Positions 12,256 to 24,757 of a DNA stretch of 64,000 nucleotides are shown one piece after another (the first letter of the stretch is position 1; the number at the start of each line of letters is the position of its first letter). A program made the translations under genes and the position numbers. The stretch comes from Takakia lepidozioides (lineage: Eukaryota; Plantae; Bryophyta). The stretch spans positions 62,992,001 through 63,056,000 of the forward strand of contig CM060731.1 of NCBI GenBank assembly GCA_030704615.1, written 5' to 3'. The notes beneath the pieces were generated by a model. That model did not search any database. It was not told the origin of the DNA and worked only from the letters and a program-made list of their open reading frames with translations.

Positions 12256-13249
12256 AAGATCTCGTGTGACTCCAGAGCTCTGATGGGCGAGGAACTTGCA
12301 GAGACAGTTTCACCCGAAGCTACCATAGTGTAGATCAGGAAAATTTGGATAGATGTCCAGTGATTCGTGTACAGATTTTTGATAGGACTTCAAACTTACA
12401 TTGGAAACACCTCAAATCCAAGAATTCTAGCCGAGACAGGTAGCAGATGCAATACAGAGAAGGTGGACCAGAGGTAGTGTGCTACGTACTTAATTACATG
12501 TCTCACCATTTACTGGTGCTACCATACATTCAACCATGTACTTTATATTTCTCTCTATGGTTGTTCTGTCTTTGTGGTCGTATGGTTTGATTATATTGAT
12601 GGTACTTTCGTTTCTGGGACGACAACTTTCAAACCTTTGAGACTCGTGTAGATTTGCAATCTAAGAAGCTCACTCAAGCCAAGTGTAAAAGAGGGGTGAA
12701 GGTTCATCATGTTCATCCTTGAATGAGTAGGACGGCATGGGGTCGCGGTGCGGCGTTGGGCACTGATAGTAGCAAATTCAAATGAGAACGTCAGCATTCT
12801 TGAAGGACAGATATTAGATTCTATCATCGAGGGGTTTTGGAGTTAACAGGTTTGCCTAATCTATGTGGAGACGACTCATATAATAGGTTGGCTCAGAAGC
12901 CTAAGTTGATGTATGTACCAGCAGGCTATTGAAATAGAGTACATGACCACATGTAAGTATGTGACCACAACTTTGTGTAGTGGCGCCTTGGAGGCACTTA
13001 CAATGCAATACATTTCCGAGCATTTCACTCTATCAAAAAAAATGTTACACTTTGTTAAAAAATTGTTGCATTCTCATTCCCTTAGAACACTTGCAATTGT
13101 GGAAGTCGACAAATCAGTAGTGTCATGGTTTTTGCTTCTGTGGGTGCCAATGATGATCCTTTTTTAATTCGTTTTATTTCTGGCTGGACTTTCATGAATT
13201 GTTAGATTGGTTGACATTCTGATGGCATTTCTATATTGTTTGTTGTAGC

Positions 13250-13894
13250 TTTCATATCGATGGCGCTACATGAAGGATGTTTTTACAGAACGTGCAGTGC
13301 GATGTATCATGCAGAGGTATCCTTCGCCTCACCCTACAAAAAAGCATGGCTGCTTTGGTCGAGTCACCTATTCATGGGGTGCCCATTCGTGTTTCAGAAG
13401 GTACTAGTATGTGGAAGATTCATGGAGTTAAGGTAGGAAAGCTACAACATCATGTGCAAACAATTACTGAAGTTCAAATGCCCCCTTACATTATTGGGGA
13501 CTCGGTCTAACTTCTACTTATCAATTTGACGAAGGATTATTCAGTTAGAGGGTGTGGAGACCCACATAAAGATGCATATGAGATGAACTTGCGGAAAGGT
13601 AGAGTAAAAATCGAGAATGCTTTCGGAGGGCCTAAAAAACAGATGGAGGGTCCTAAAAGCTTTAAGCTTCATGTCATCTTGGCATGTATTGCTCTACACA
13701 TTTTTTGTAAGATAAATGGAGAGCAACCTATTGAGGGTGCTACTCAAGATGAAAATGATTATCCGACATTGAATGACATTCTTCTTCCTAGAATTCCTAA
13801 GAGCGAAAGACTTTATCAAAGAGCAAAAGTCATTCAACTCCAAATGTCTGCAGGTAATGTGATGCTGCAAAATTCATCACTAAAACACCTATAG
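13250..13894 (+). mobile_element. PIF/Harbinger DDE transposase remnant
   Basis: PPYIIGDS.. and RVKIENAFG..LK..W..VILACIALH motifs of DDE_Tnp_4, frameshifted. Confidence 0.75.
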
Positions 13895-16819
13895 CTCATG
13901 GTCCTATTGCTAATTACCCTCTTGCAATATTGGATAGAACATAGAGATGATGAGTATGAAACAAACTTTCTCGTTATTATAATTTCTCTCTTATACAATA
14001 AAGCCTGATGCCAACGTGTGATATATATATTTGGTCCAATAGTATAAAAGTTTAGGTTGCAGACACTGATGAAAACACTTTAACTTGGAATCTGGTTGTC
14101 ATAAATTATATGCAGGTTGTTGCAGAGGACCAAGTTTATTGATGCCCAAAAATCTTACATAATTACATTCACCAACCTTTTGAGTGTAAGACATATGTTT
14201 GACTTCCTCCCAAGTCAATGTTTTATCTCCATTTGTCCTTTGTTCCTGAATCATCTTATGCTCTTCCTGTCATTCCCATTATAGGCTGAATTTCATGAAT
14301 AGTTGGCTACCATGCTTGAGTACAAATAGTGTAGACACTCTTGGACCCTTTAGTATATCTCTATCTCTTCACCAACAAACCAATAAACAAGAAATAAAAC
14401 TATTGCAAGTAAAGCAACTCATAGACATGATTTCAGCATTGTGGAGAGATGAAGGTTAGTAGCAGATGACACATCACTCCAATATTTTGTCATTTGAGGC
14501 TCATCCTCTAAGTGTCCAAGACATGGGTTTTCCTCTATGCACTTGATTGAACCCTTGTGGCATCGCAAATCGATCCTCGAGATACCCCCTATCTTAACGA
14601 ACGCTACATTCATGGTCTCAAAGTCGGCCATCGCGCATGTTGTACCTGCAACTGAAAGAAAGAAACCATAGGGAGAAAACATTTCGACAAACACGAAAGA
14701 AGAATGAAGAATGTGTCAAGCACAACAAAAGCGGGAGTTAAGATAACAGAGTACACTTTGCTAATGGTACCAGGTATAGTGCTTGGGCATAATAATGAAT
14801 CAGGAAATGAATGACTCTAAAAGTAACATCAACACCATATAAATATTATAATATCTCCTCTGAATACTCATTCTAGATTTGTTCTCGAGTTTATGTTGAT
14901 TACGAAGGCTAAATCAGTTGAATCATCTGAATTTGAGCCAGATTAACCCAAAGGTATCTTCAGAATGTTTGGCCTGCAAGTCACGTTCATTTTCTGGTTC
15001 TAATTCATAAGTTGTCGGATGTTGATTTGCATCGCTGGGATTGAAGCCTCTTTAGCAATGGCTTCATCCAACGCATCTAGAACTACCAAAGAAGGGTGCA
15101 AGCTTGATTTGGATGGCCATTATAACAGATTTATTCAACCAGCGCACTAGAAAGAACGTTATCAAGGACCAAATACAATCCAAACACGATAACATGAAAA
15201 AACAACAAAAAAGAACGAGAATGTACTTTACTATTAACATATATACCGTGTAACATATCATAAATACGAGTATGAGAGTGCATTTTACGATATAGTGGTT
15301 TTTGTGGTTTCTATGCAGTTTTTTTTTGTAGAGCACCACAAATCCGTATTTTTATTTCTGGCAAAATTTCGAACTTTTTTCGGCCTAAAAAATAAATTCG
15401 AATATTCTGTCGTAAATTCCCTATTTTCTCATGGATGAAATCGCCAAAATTCTCCAAAAAAAACATGGAATGAATTCGCCTAATATGGATGATATACATG
15501 GATGAAAGTACAGAGGAGGATGATTCTGTCGAAACTTCAGTGGATAAACAGAAAATATGGCTATTTTCTGCAAAACTCAGCAGCCACTCCTGTTATTTTC
15601 CAAATTTGAAAAAAAAAACACTGCCACAAATAAATGCTACAATCATAATCATAATCATACACCAAACATTAACATAGACACAAAGATAGATATTGCATAT
15701 GAAATTGAGTTATCTGCAAACAATAACATTTATATATTGAAATGAAAACTAATACATGTCCACGAGTTCACGAAAATGTAGATATGTGTATCTATACGAA
15801 TCAGAATTCTTTCTGTCTATATTGACTAAGTCCATCATGTTGAATTTCTTCATAAATATGAAATCTATTATGCATGCTGAAAATCCAAATTCACGCTGCA
15901 TTAGTGGAAAAATCAACGAATTATAGATTAAAATTTTGCGTGTACAATTCAAGTAAGAAGAAGACAAAACCAAATATGTAGAAAAAATTCATCTCAGTTT
16001 ATGAGGGAATGTCACTGACAATGGATGTCTCTAGAAGCGTCAACTCGTTGTGGTCATTGTTTTTGGTGCTGGAAGAGTCAACATCATTGTGAAGTTTCAT
16101 GGCATCTGTCATGGTTTTAGTCATGGTTAGTTAGAAATAGTTATTTCTAGCTAGTTATGACTTTATACATTTATATTTGTATTTTATTGGCATTGGAGGT
16201 TTCATGTACTAAGTAAGGTGACGAATCTCTCGCCGCCATAGCTCTAGTGTTTGAGATGGAGTGTGGTGAGGTCTCTACGGTACTGGAGTCATTTAGCAAA
16301 TAGCTCATCCGAACCAGAACCTCCCCTTCTCCTCAACAGACAACTACAAACAAAGTTCACGTCTCCCAAACCCCAAACAACACTGAACTCACAAGGAACG
16401 TACAACCACAAATAGCTCAACAATGGTTATATGAGCTAAGTTTGGAGACAGCCAATGAATGAACAAGTAGTAAGAGATGGTTCTAGAGGCAGACAGATGC
16501 AGAGACAATCACTGCCTACCAAAGTGTGGATTTCGTTAGGGCTGACTAAAAGCACAGAGTTTGTAACAAATTACTTGCTACAAGTCTGGAGAAGACAAAA
16601 TGAACTCCCTCCTCACTTCAATGTCCTCCTGACTCTGGAACTGCCACATACAAGAACAACAATTAGCAAATAACTTGACCAAATAGGCATTCATACGTCT
16701 TGCAAGTGCCAAGTTGTGGACAAAATGAACAGGTAATGAAATAGAGACACATGCCTATTAGGTCTCATTCATTATAATCAATTGAAGTGAAGAAGTACAA
16801 AACAGTAAGAAGTAACTTA

Positions 16820-17983
16820 CTTTATTTCAGTTGATTCACCACTCATTTGCCTCTTGGAAACTTTGGGGGAGGAGGAATATGCTGAGACACAGCGTCAAAC
16901 ATTTCCTGATCTTGAGCTAGATGGTTTTCGAGGACATGTTTCAAAAAATACAATTGCATTTTGAAACAAAGTTTGTACCCTGCCTCTGAGTACCACAAGC
17001 AAAACTCAACCCAATCCTTTTCATATGCATCCTCTCTCGAACTCTTTTCTTTCTGGATTATGCCAAATTAATTTGGAGTATGATACCTGTCAAAGACCAT
17101 GGTCAAATAGGGCCAATTAACTGTCACTTGCTCGGACTCCTCCTTACTGTGTAAAAAGAATGTCAATCGAAACTGCATGCTCTCAAAAACATCTCTTGCA
17201 ACAAGTATCTTCGGTTGAAAATATATATAAGTATTCCAATGCTGGTAAGTCTCCCTCCAAAAAGCCTTCGCATATGAATCTGACGATGATGCAAGTCCAA
17301 CTCCCCTTTTATTCACCACCACCTCGTTCATACCCTCACCTTCCTCAGCTTACACAATCTCAACGTACACATACAATTTGTCAATGTACACATACGAGTT
17401 TTTAACCAAGATATAAGTCATAGCCACATATATAAAAGCATATGATCCTAAGACAACAAAATGAAATGAGAGTGGAAAAACAGATTCCAATCATGGGAAA
17501 AAAATTCTGATCCGAGAGTTTTTCTTCCTGAACTTTAGAAACTGGAGTCTTCTTCACACCATCCTTCAAGCCAACACAATCCATCAGAAACATAACTAGG
17601 TTACCAAGCATGAATATGTCATATGAACAACCAACCTAAACAGCCCTAAACAGGCGACCTTCTCCTAATAAACAACCTTGCAACCTAGAAAAACAATAAA
17701 TTAGAGAGCTTACCAGAAAAAAAAGATTTGAATTTTTTGCCCATGCTTTGATGTCCTTTGACCCATGTCCTGGTTTCTTCATACAAATGACAGTATCCTC
17801 ACTGTTGTTGGCATGAGAGAGCTCTAAAATCCCCAATGGAGATCTTTGCATCTTGAGGATGGCATCATCCAGGCCAAATCCTTCCGCGAGATGCTCGTAA
17901 GTCAACATTTCGGGAGAGTCGTCAAACTTCAAATAATCATCTGTAACGAACAGGGGGTGAAACTGGCTCCCAGTCGTCGCCAT
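16820..17983 (-). pseudogene. Degenerate multi-exon gene of unknown family (possibly a TE accessory gene)
   Basis: Collinear minus-strand ORF pieces (17983-17740, ~17590-17490, 17331-17068) separated by AT-rich intron-like spacers; no motif recognised. Confidence 0.3.
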
Positions 17984-18346
17984 GGCCTAACCCTGCTCCC
18001 CAAAACTCTAAGTCTTTGTCTCTGGAACACCTCGGAAATCAAAAATCAGATGCTCCGTCGGCACTCATGTGGCTGTGTATTGCAAAGACGGACAGTCCTC
18101 GTACTATGCATCAAGGAGATTCATGCTCTCGCTATAGTAGTCAATTGTAACCATGACTGTGAGCACTACAATTTTGCGTTGATGAATCTAAGCATGACTC
18201 ACTGCACCACAAGAGATACAAAAACAACGAAATCAATTTCCCACGCTGGAAGTCTTTAAAAGAACTATCAAGAGCAGAAACATAAACCACACAAATCTCC
18301 TACAGTGATGTGTGCATGTCGACATGATATACACTACTTTTATATC

Positions 18347-18563
18347 ATAGGGTTCAAATACGGTCAATTATCCTACACTAAGACTTCGCAAGCAAACATT
18401 CCCACACAAACTTCCTATATGTTTTGAATTGTAGAGTATGGTTTTAGCGATTAGTTTTTGAATTGCATGGTTCTTTTATCTACTCAATTTGATAGGAAGT
18501 TTGTGTGGGAATGTTTGCTTGCGAAGTCGTAGTGTGGGATAATTGACCATATTTGAACCCTAT
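18347..18563. mobile_element. MITE / foldback element with ~70-bp terminal inverted repeats
   Basis: atagggttcaaatacggtcaattatcctacactaagacttcgcaagcaaacattcccacacaaacttcctat is mirrored at 18492-18563 with ~3 mismatches; TA flanks GGGTT...AACCC. Confidence 0.88.
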
Positions 18564-18959
18564 ATAGACTAGAAGCCGCATGTACGCGCATCCCCGCCTT
18601 ATTAGATACTCATCACTTAACAAACCTTGAACTCACCACTGTCTTAACCTGATCACTAAATCATTTCAACTGGTAGCACCGAGAGACTCATCTGACTCAT
18701 CCTAAACATGCAAAATCGCACGATCTTAACCCTAAGCACCTCCACAAGCTAAAATAAAGTGATAGAGTGGATTCGTCTCTTGTCACATCTCTTTTCACTA
18801 CAAAAAGACCATGCCTACATCTATAAGTGCAAGACACTCCAGAGGTTAATATGGAGTGAGATATGCTCCAAACCATTAATTGAATTCTGAATGGCCACAA
18901 AGACATTTTGAGTTGGTTTGTTTATTTTCTTTTTTTAAAAAAGACATTTTTAGTAGATA

Positions 18960-19870
18960 AGGTATGGTGCAACCACAAACCTATGGCACCCTCTCTCATT
19001 ACATTTGAGTGAATGTACAATTACATGGGGTCCAAAACATGTATGTGATTATGAATGGGTCATTAGGGCATTTCGAGTTCTGTTTCAACTTTGAATTCAT
19101 TTTATTTTGTTCTGATTCACATTAGAAGTTGGTAGGGAGTACAAGCATGAACCCACAACACTCTCCATCACTCCATTTGACTAAATGTAGAATTACAGTA
19201 GGTCCAAAACATGCATATCACTATAAATGGGCCATTGATGGCATTTTGGCTGCTGTTTCAGCTATCGATTTTTTTTTATTTTTTATTTTTTATTTTTTTG
19301 GTTCTGATGTATACTAATAGTAGGTAGGAAGCATGAACCCACAAGATATTTCCCCGCTCCATTTGAGTGAATGTAGTTACATAGGGTCTAAAACACATAT
19401 ATGAGTGCCAATGGGCTATTAGGGCATTTCGAGTTCTATTTCAGCTCTGAATATATTTTTTGTTATTTTGATTCACACCCGAAGTTGGAGGGAGTGCAAG
19501 CATGAACCTAGAACACCGTCCCTCACTGCATTTGAGCGAATGTAGAATTAGATAGGGTCTAAAACACCTATGTGAGTACCAATGGACCATTTAGGGCATG
19601 AAGCTACTGTTGCAACTCTGAATTCTTTATTTTCTGTTTTGTTTCATAGTGGCAGTAAGTAGGGGTGCAAGCATGAACCCACAACACCCTTCCTCACTCC
19701 ACTTTCTCACTCCACTTGAGTGAATTGACAATTTAATACGGTCCAAAATATCTATGTGACTATTTAACGTGTCATTTACAACATGTCGGCTTATCTTTCA
19801 GCTTAATTTTTAATTTTTGGTCTTCTGCTTCACATTGGCAGTAAGTAGGGAGTGCAAGCATGAATCACAA
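18960..19870. repeat. Degenerate tandem array, ~5 units of ~170-190 bp
   Basis: aagcatgaa(c/t)c recurs at ~19143, 19329, 19498, 19669, 19856, with shared ccatttgagtgaatgta, ggt(c/t)caaaac and tagggcattt blocks. Confidence 0.85.
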
Positions 19871-20799
19871 TCACCTTTCGCATTTGTTTGAAGAGAGAAA
19901 TATTGCACACATTGTGTTTCATATGATCAAGAGGATTGATCTTCTCATAAGTGACAAACAAATTCATTTATTGTTTCTTATCCAAACCCTGGATAGTACT
20001 ACTCAAATCTTGTACAACCACCCGTCGCTCTAATCTCCATGAAAACAGCCTCTAGCTACTATTTCATCTCTGAATCGTCTCTCCAATTGTAAAAAAAACT
20101 GTTGTTTAATTTTTTTTTTAAACAGGGGGCGGTGGCCCTGGATAATTTATTGATAACTTATTGAGGGGAAAAAGTTAACAAATCAATATATGAATCGAAG
20201 ATGTTTGGTTTGTTGGCCCTGCCTTCTCAAGGCAGGACTACGCAAAGGCTTCAGCCGCTTTTGGCGCATTGCCACTTTTCTGTTTTTTCTTTTTTCTTCG
20301 ATTTACTCTTCCAATTCGATCGAGACAGTTGCCACCAGAATATTCTGTTCATATTTCTAATGAATAACATGCCGTGGATGAACAATTTCATGGTCTTTAG
20401 GTCTGGATTCCAACTTCTTGTGCATGTTTATGAGGATATTACCATGCATGCCACCCGGGTGATTCAGGGCTCCACCTACACCCAATGAACAGTAGTTTGC
20501 CTGAAGCAACTTTATACTTCTCCATCACTGGCCATTGGGAAAATCCTGTTACCGCGATATTTTTAATAAACATTGTGTGATCTTCCATATTTTTACTATC
20601 TATTCATAATTACTAGAGGTCAGGGCTTGCATGAATTGCATGCATTTGTTTTGTTTGTTTTTTATTTATTTTTATTTATTTATTTTTAATTAAATTTAAG
20701 AGAAGAGGGCTTAGCCTCAGAGCTTTATTTGAATTATTGAAGGGAAAAAAATTAAAACCCTTTTATGTCCGAAGGCTGCCATAAGGCTTAACACACGAC

Positions 20800-23700
20800 A
20801 GGGCGTGACGGATATCCCGATGAACTTTAACTGTACTGCAGAACGTTCCTGCAGGATCGATTACTGAAACCGATGACTGAAACTAGCTTCGAGAAAGCAG
20901 AAATAACGTGGGACAAGCCCAATGCTTGTAGCCTTGAGGAGGCTCTGGTGCTACTTAGTGCATACTAGTTAAGCAAGGGGGACCAATCTGTCCATGATGA
21001 AGATTTCCTTTGCAAAGAACCATTGTAGAGAGCAAAGAAAATCTAAGTGCAGAAGTGGAGAGGAGGGGAGATCTATCTGTAGAGCAGCTTTGTCGCACAC
21101 CTCACTTCGGTAAGCTCCCCTTCAAGTCATAGTTACACGCTTTGATGCGCGCGCCTGACTCCCAACCTGGCCGCCGGGCCAACTTGGAGCTTCGGCTGCT
21201 CACCGGGATATAACGGTCCCCCTTCGCTCCCCCACTAAACCCTCCACCTATTTGGGCCTAGTGGAATTCCCTTTGGTAGATGGCAGTCCGGAACAGCTCC
21301 CCACTCTTTGGTCGCTTTCCAGCTCGTTCGCTTACTCACTAGTTTTTGGTCACCAACGGGCTTGCACCGTTCTCGGGGTCACTACTCCCCTTATATATAC
21401 TTCTGTAGCTGTCCGCGGGGGTTTCACAACCAGCCATGCCATTTTATGGTGAACCACCACGAAAACCCTCGACTCCCGGTGATGAGTCGCGGTGAGTCTT
21501 TGCCCACTCACCACGGCCCCTATGGACCGTGATGAGTCCCAAGACTCCCCACGACTCCCATCACGAGGTCTCCGCCCCCATGGTGAGTCCTATGCCACCC
21601 CTACTAAGTCCCGCTAAGCTACCACCACCCCTTGTGGAGCCACCCCCACCGCAACCCGGTGTGCGGGGCTCCACCTAGTGAGCGCCTCCGCCTCCTTGAG
21701 TGCCTTGGGCACTCAAGGGTGCTTCAGCCCCCCATACCTATCGCTGCCACTGCCCCCACCACAGGGGCAGCCCCTCATGTGTCCCGACCCCCTGCCCTCA
21801 AGGCAAAGGGCCGCAACACACACCCCTACCAACAGGGAGTCGATGTCCTCATCGACTTGTCCATTTTGTAGAAACGAACATCCAAGTTGTGGCGTCCCAC
21901 ATCAAGGAGTTTGTTTCCGTACCATGGCGTCCCATGGCAAAGAACCAAACCCCACACTTGACTCTACTCTCCACTAGCTAGTTCGGCCGACTTCCTCCAA
22001 GTCCCGGCCAAGGGTGGAGCCTCTCCAGCTCCTCCCAGTGCACTCTTCTTGGCCTACTTCAAGGCCAAGGAACGATCCTCCCCAATGATGGAATCGCCTT
22101 ACTGCAACAACATTGCTTGCGATCGCTCATGATGCCGCTTTTGGCATCACCTTGAGCAAGGGTTCCCTGGAACCCTCTTTGACTAGGAAGATAACCTTGA
22201 ACCAACCGTGCGCCCCAATCACTACAATTGGGTCCACCTTGGAATGCTGGCCTGAGGTACGGGAACATGCCGAAGCCGCACTACGACTTCGTCCCGAGGC
22301 TACACGATTATAGTACGTGAACGGAAGCACGTAGCTTCCGCGTTAGCCCGAACTACAAGGCAACCCCCTCGGTAGCGCAGTTATAGTACGCGCACGCGCC
22401 AGGTGCGCACTAGCACGTGAACTCCCAAAGAAGGCGCAAGTTTCATTGCCCCTTGGATGGGGGTCACTCGATTTCGGCACTACGCAAACACACGATTAAC
22501 CCAATTTACCTCTCCCACTTTTATAAGCTAGCATGCATTCTACACACTAGCCAACCATACCATGCATCACCATTCCAAACAAAATAGGACGCACAACATT
22601 TGGAAGCCATTTCATTTATAGCACGTTTTGCACAATACACGTTTTTGCAATCGGATTCCTAAGCTAGCTAAGCCGGGCTAAGCATGCATTTCCTCCCCCA
22701 CGCTCTAAGGTTGATGTCCCCATCAACGCTTCTTCCGCTTTTGAGGTCGCCCTTCGAAAGCTGCAACCGCCTCGGATGCGTTTCCCATTTCTGAGGCACG
22801 CACCCAAGATGCCTCCACATGATGATAGCCCTTCCATTTGACGAGATACTCCGTTTCTCGGTTCTTGAACCTCCTCGACTTAAGTATTGCCTCCACCTCG
22901 TACTCAGGTTCATTTTCATGATCCAACAGCATAGGTGGCGGACGCAACACTTGATGCCGATTCGGACGCGCTTCATCTTTGAAGTAAGGCTTCAAAAGGG
23001 AGACATGGAATACTGGGTGCACCTTGCTGTTTGCCGGCAGCTCCAATTCATACACATCCTCATTCATAACCTTCCGAATGCGAAAAGGTCCCGCATACGG
23101 AGGTACGAGCAGTCGGAAATTCTTGATGTTCAACCAGACCTCTGTGCCTGCCTCAAACTTCACTTCCCTCCGCTTCCGATTCGCCTGCCTTTCATACCGT
23201 TTCCTAGCTTTGGCAATGTTGTACTTCGCGAGCTTCAACAAACGCTCGCGTTCTTCCAGTACCGCCGCTACTGCCGGTTCCTCAACGTCCTGGGCGGCCC
23301 AACTTGTCGGCACCAGAGGTGCTTTTTCATAGACCAATGCGAAAGGGGAAACTCTCGTTGCGGAGTGTTCCGTGTTATTATAACAGAACTCTGTCGCGTC
23401 TAAGTGTTCCACCCAGTCTGTTTGGTCTGCCGACACGTAATTCCGCAAGATCTGCTTCACTACGGAATTCACTCTTTCTGTTCGGCCGTCGGTCGTAGGT
23501 CGGAAGGCGGTGCTCATCTTCAGCCTCGTCCCCATCTTCTTCCAAAGTGCCCTCCAAAATTTACTCGTAAACTTTGGATCGCGGTCCGAGACAATATCCT
23601 TCGGGACTCCATGATGCTTTAAGACGTGGGCGAAGTAAAGTCGCCCTGTCTCCTGCACCGTTGCCGTCTCCTTGGTGGGGATGAAATGGCCCATTTTACT

Positions 23701-24757
23701 GAACCTATCCACCACCACCATGATTGCATCGAATCCTTTTGACAGCGGCATAGCAGTCATGAAATCCATCGAGACGTTTTCCCAAGTCCCCTCTGGAATC
23801 GGCAAGGGTTGTAACAGCCCCGCTTGCTTTTTGTACTCGCTCCGGTTTTGTTGGCATGTGGTGCATGTCTTGACATACTCCTCTGCCTCCTCCCTCAGTT
23901 TGGGCCAGAAATACTCTTTCTTCAAGAGTGCCGCAGTGCACTTGGCTCCGCCATGGCCCGCAAGCGGGCTATCATGGCATTCTCTCAAGAGGCTATCTCT
24001 GACCCCTCCCTTCGGCACGTAGATACGCTTTTGCTTATACCGGAGCAGTCCATTTTACAAGTGGAACTGCGATTTAACCCCCATCCTCAAGTCCTGCATC
24101 ACGGACTTCGCCAGCTCATCCTTCCGGCAAGCCTTCCGGATCTTCCTTTGGAGCGCCGTCTCGCCCTTGTACACCAACAAGAGCTGCTGCTTTCTACTTA
24201 AAGCATCGGCCACCACGTTGTCTCGTCCCGGTTTGTACTGGATATCCACGTCGAACACCACCAAAGTATCTTGCCACCTAAGTTGTTTTGGGGACAACTT
24301 GGGCTGCGTGGCAAAATACTTCATCGTGACATTGTCCGTGAACACCTTCACTGGGTTGGAACCAACATAGTGGCGCCAAAGCTCAAGACAGTGCACCACC
24401 GCCTTCATCTCTTTCTCGTGCGTCGGCCACCGTCGCTCCACTTCATTCAGTTTCTTACTTTCGTAAGCCACTGGACGTCCATCTTGCATCAGTACACCCC
24501 CAATCGCGAAGTCCGACACATCTGTATGTATCTCGAACGGACGATCGAACTCCGGGATTTTCAAGACTGGAGCTTCCGCCATCCGCTGCTTCAATTCAGC
24601 AAAAGCTTGGCCACGAAAGGTGTTCCATGCCCAGACTTTAGATTTACACAGAAGGTCTGACAGCGGCCCCGCGATTTTGGCGAAATTTCTCACATACTTC
24701 CGGTAATAGGAGGCGAGTCCTAAGAAGGATCGCACTCCCGGGAACGCACTCCCGGGT
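20800..24757 (-). mobile_element. Ty3/Gypsy chromovirus, 5'-truncated (RNase H-integrase-chromodomain, PPT ~22690-22705, putative 3' LTR to the left)
   Basis: pol motifs; purine tract gtgggggaggaaa followed by TG just after the pol stop; left LTR boundary uncertain. Confidence 0.85.
22723..24735 (-). pseudogene. Gypsy pol C-terminal part: RT connection/RNase H, integrase, chromodomain; one in-frame stop at 24055-24057
   Basis: VRSFLGLASYYR, HTDVSDFAIGGVL, HHCC zinc motif (CHDSPLAGH..CTTCQ), SMDF..VVVDRFSK, IVSDRDPKF, GPF, EYEVEAIL..YLVKWKGY..SW. Confidence 0.93.

Noticed and set aside
14400-16000. AT-rich intronless ORFs as endogenous giant-virus genes
   Set aside because: Short ORFs with no recognisable viral motifs; compatible with chance
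18960-19870. CRISPR-like array
   Set aside because: Whole units are homologous with no unique spacers; eukaryotic context, no cas genes
20806-21232. Self-contained short LTR bounded by atatcccg/cgggatat with an adjacent PPT-like tract
   Set aside because: No clean TG..CA ends or TSD, and a better PPT lies at 22690-22705; left unresolved
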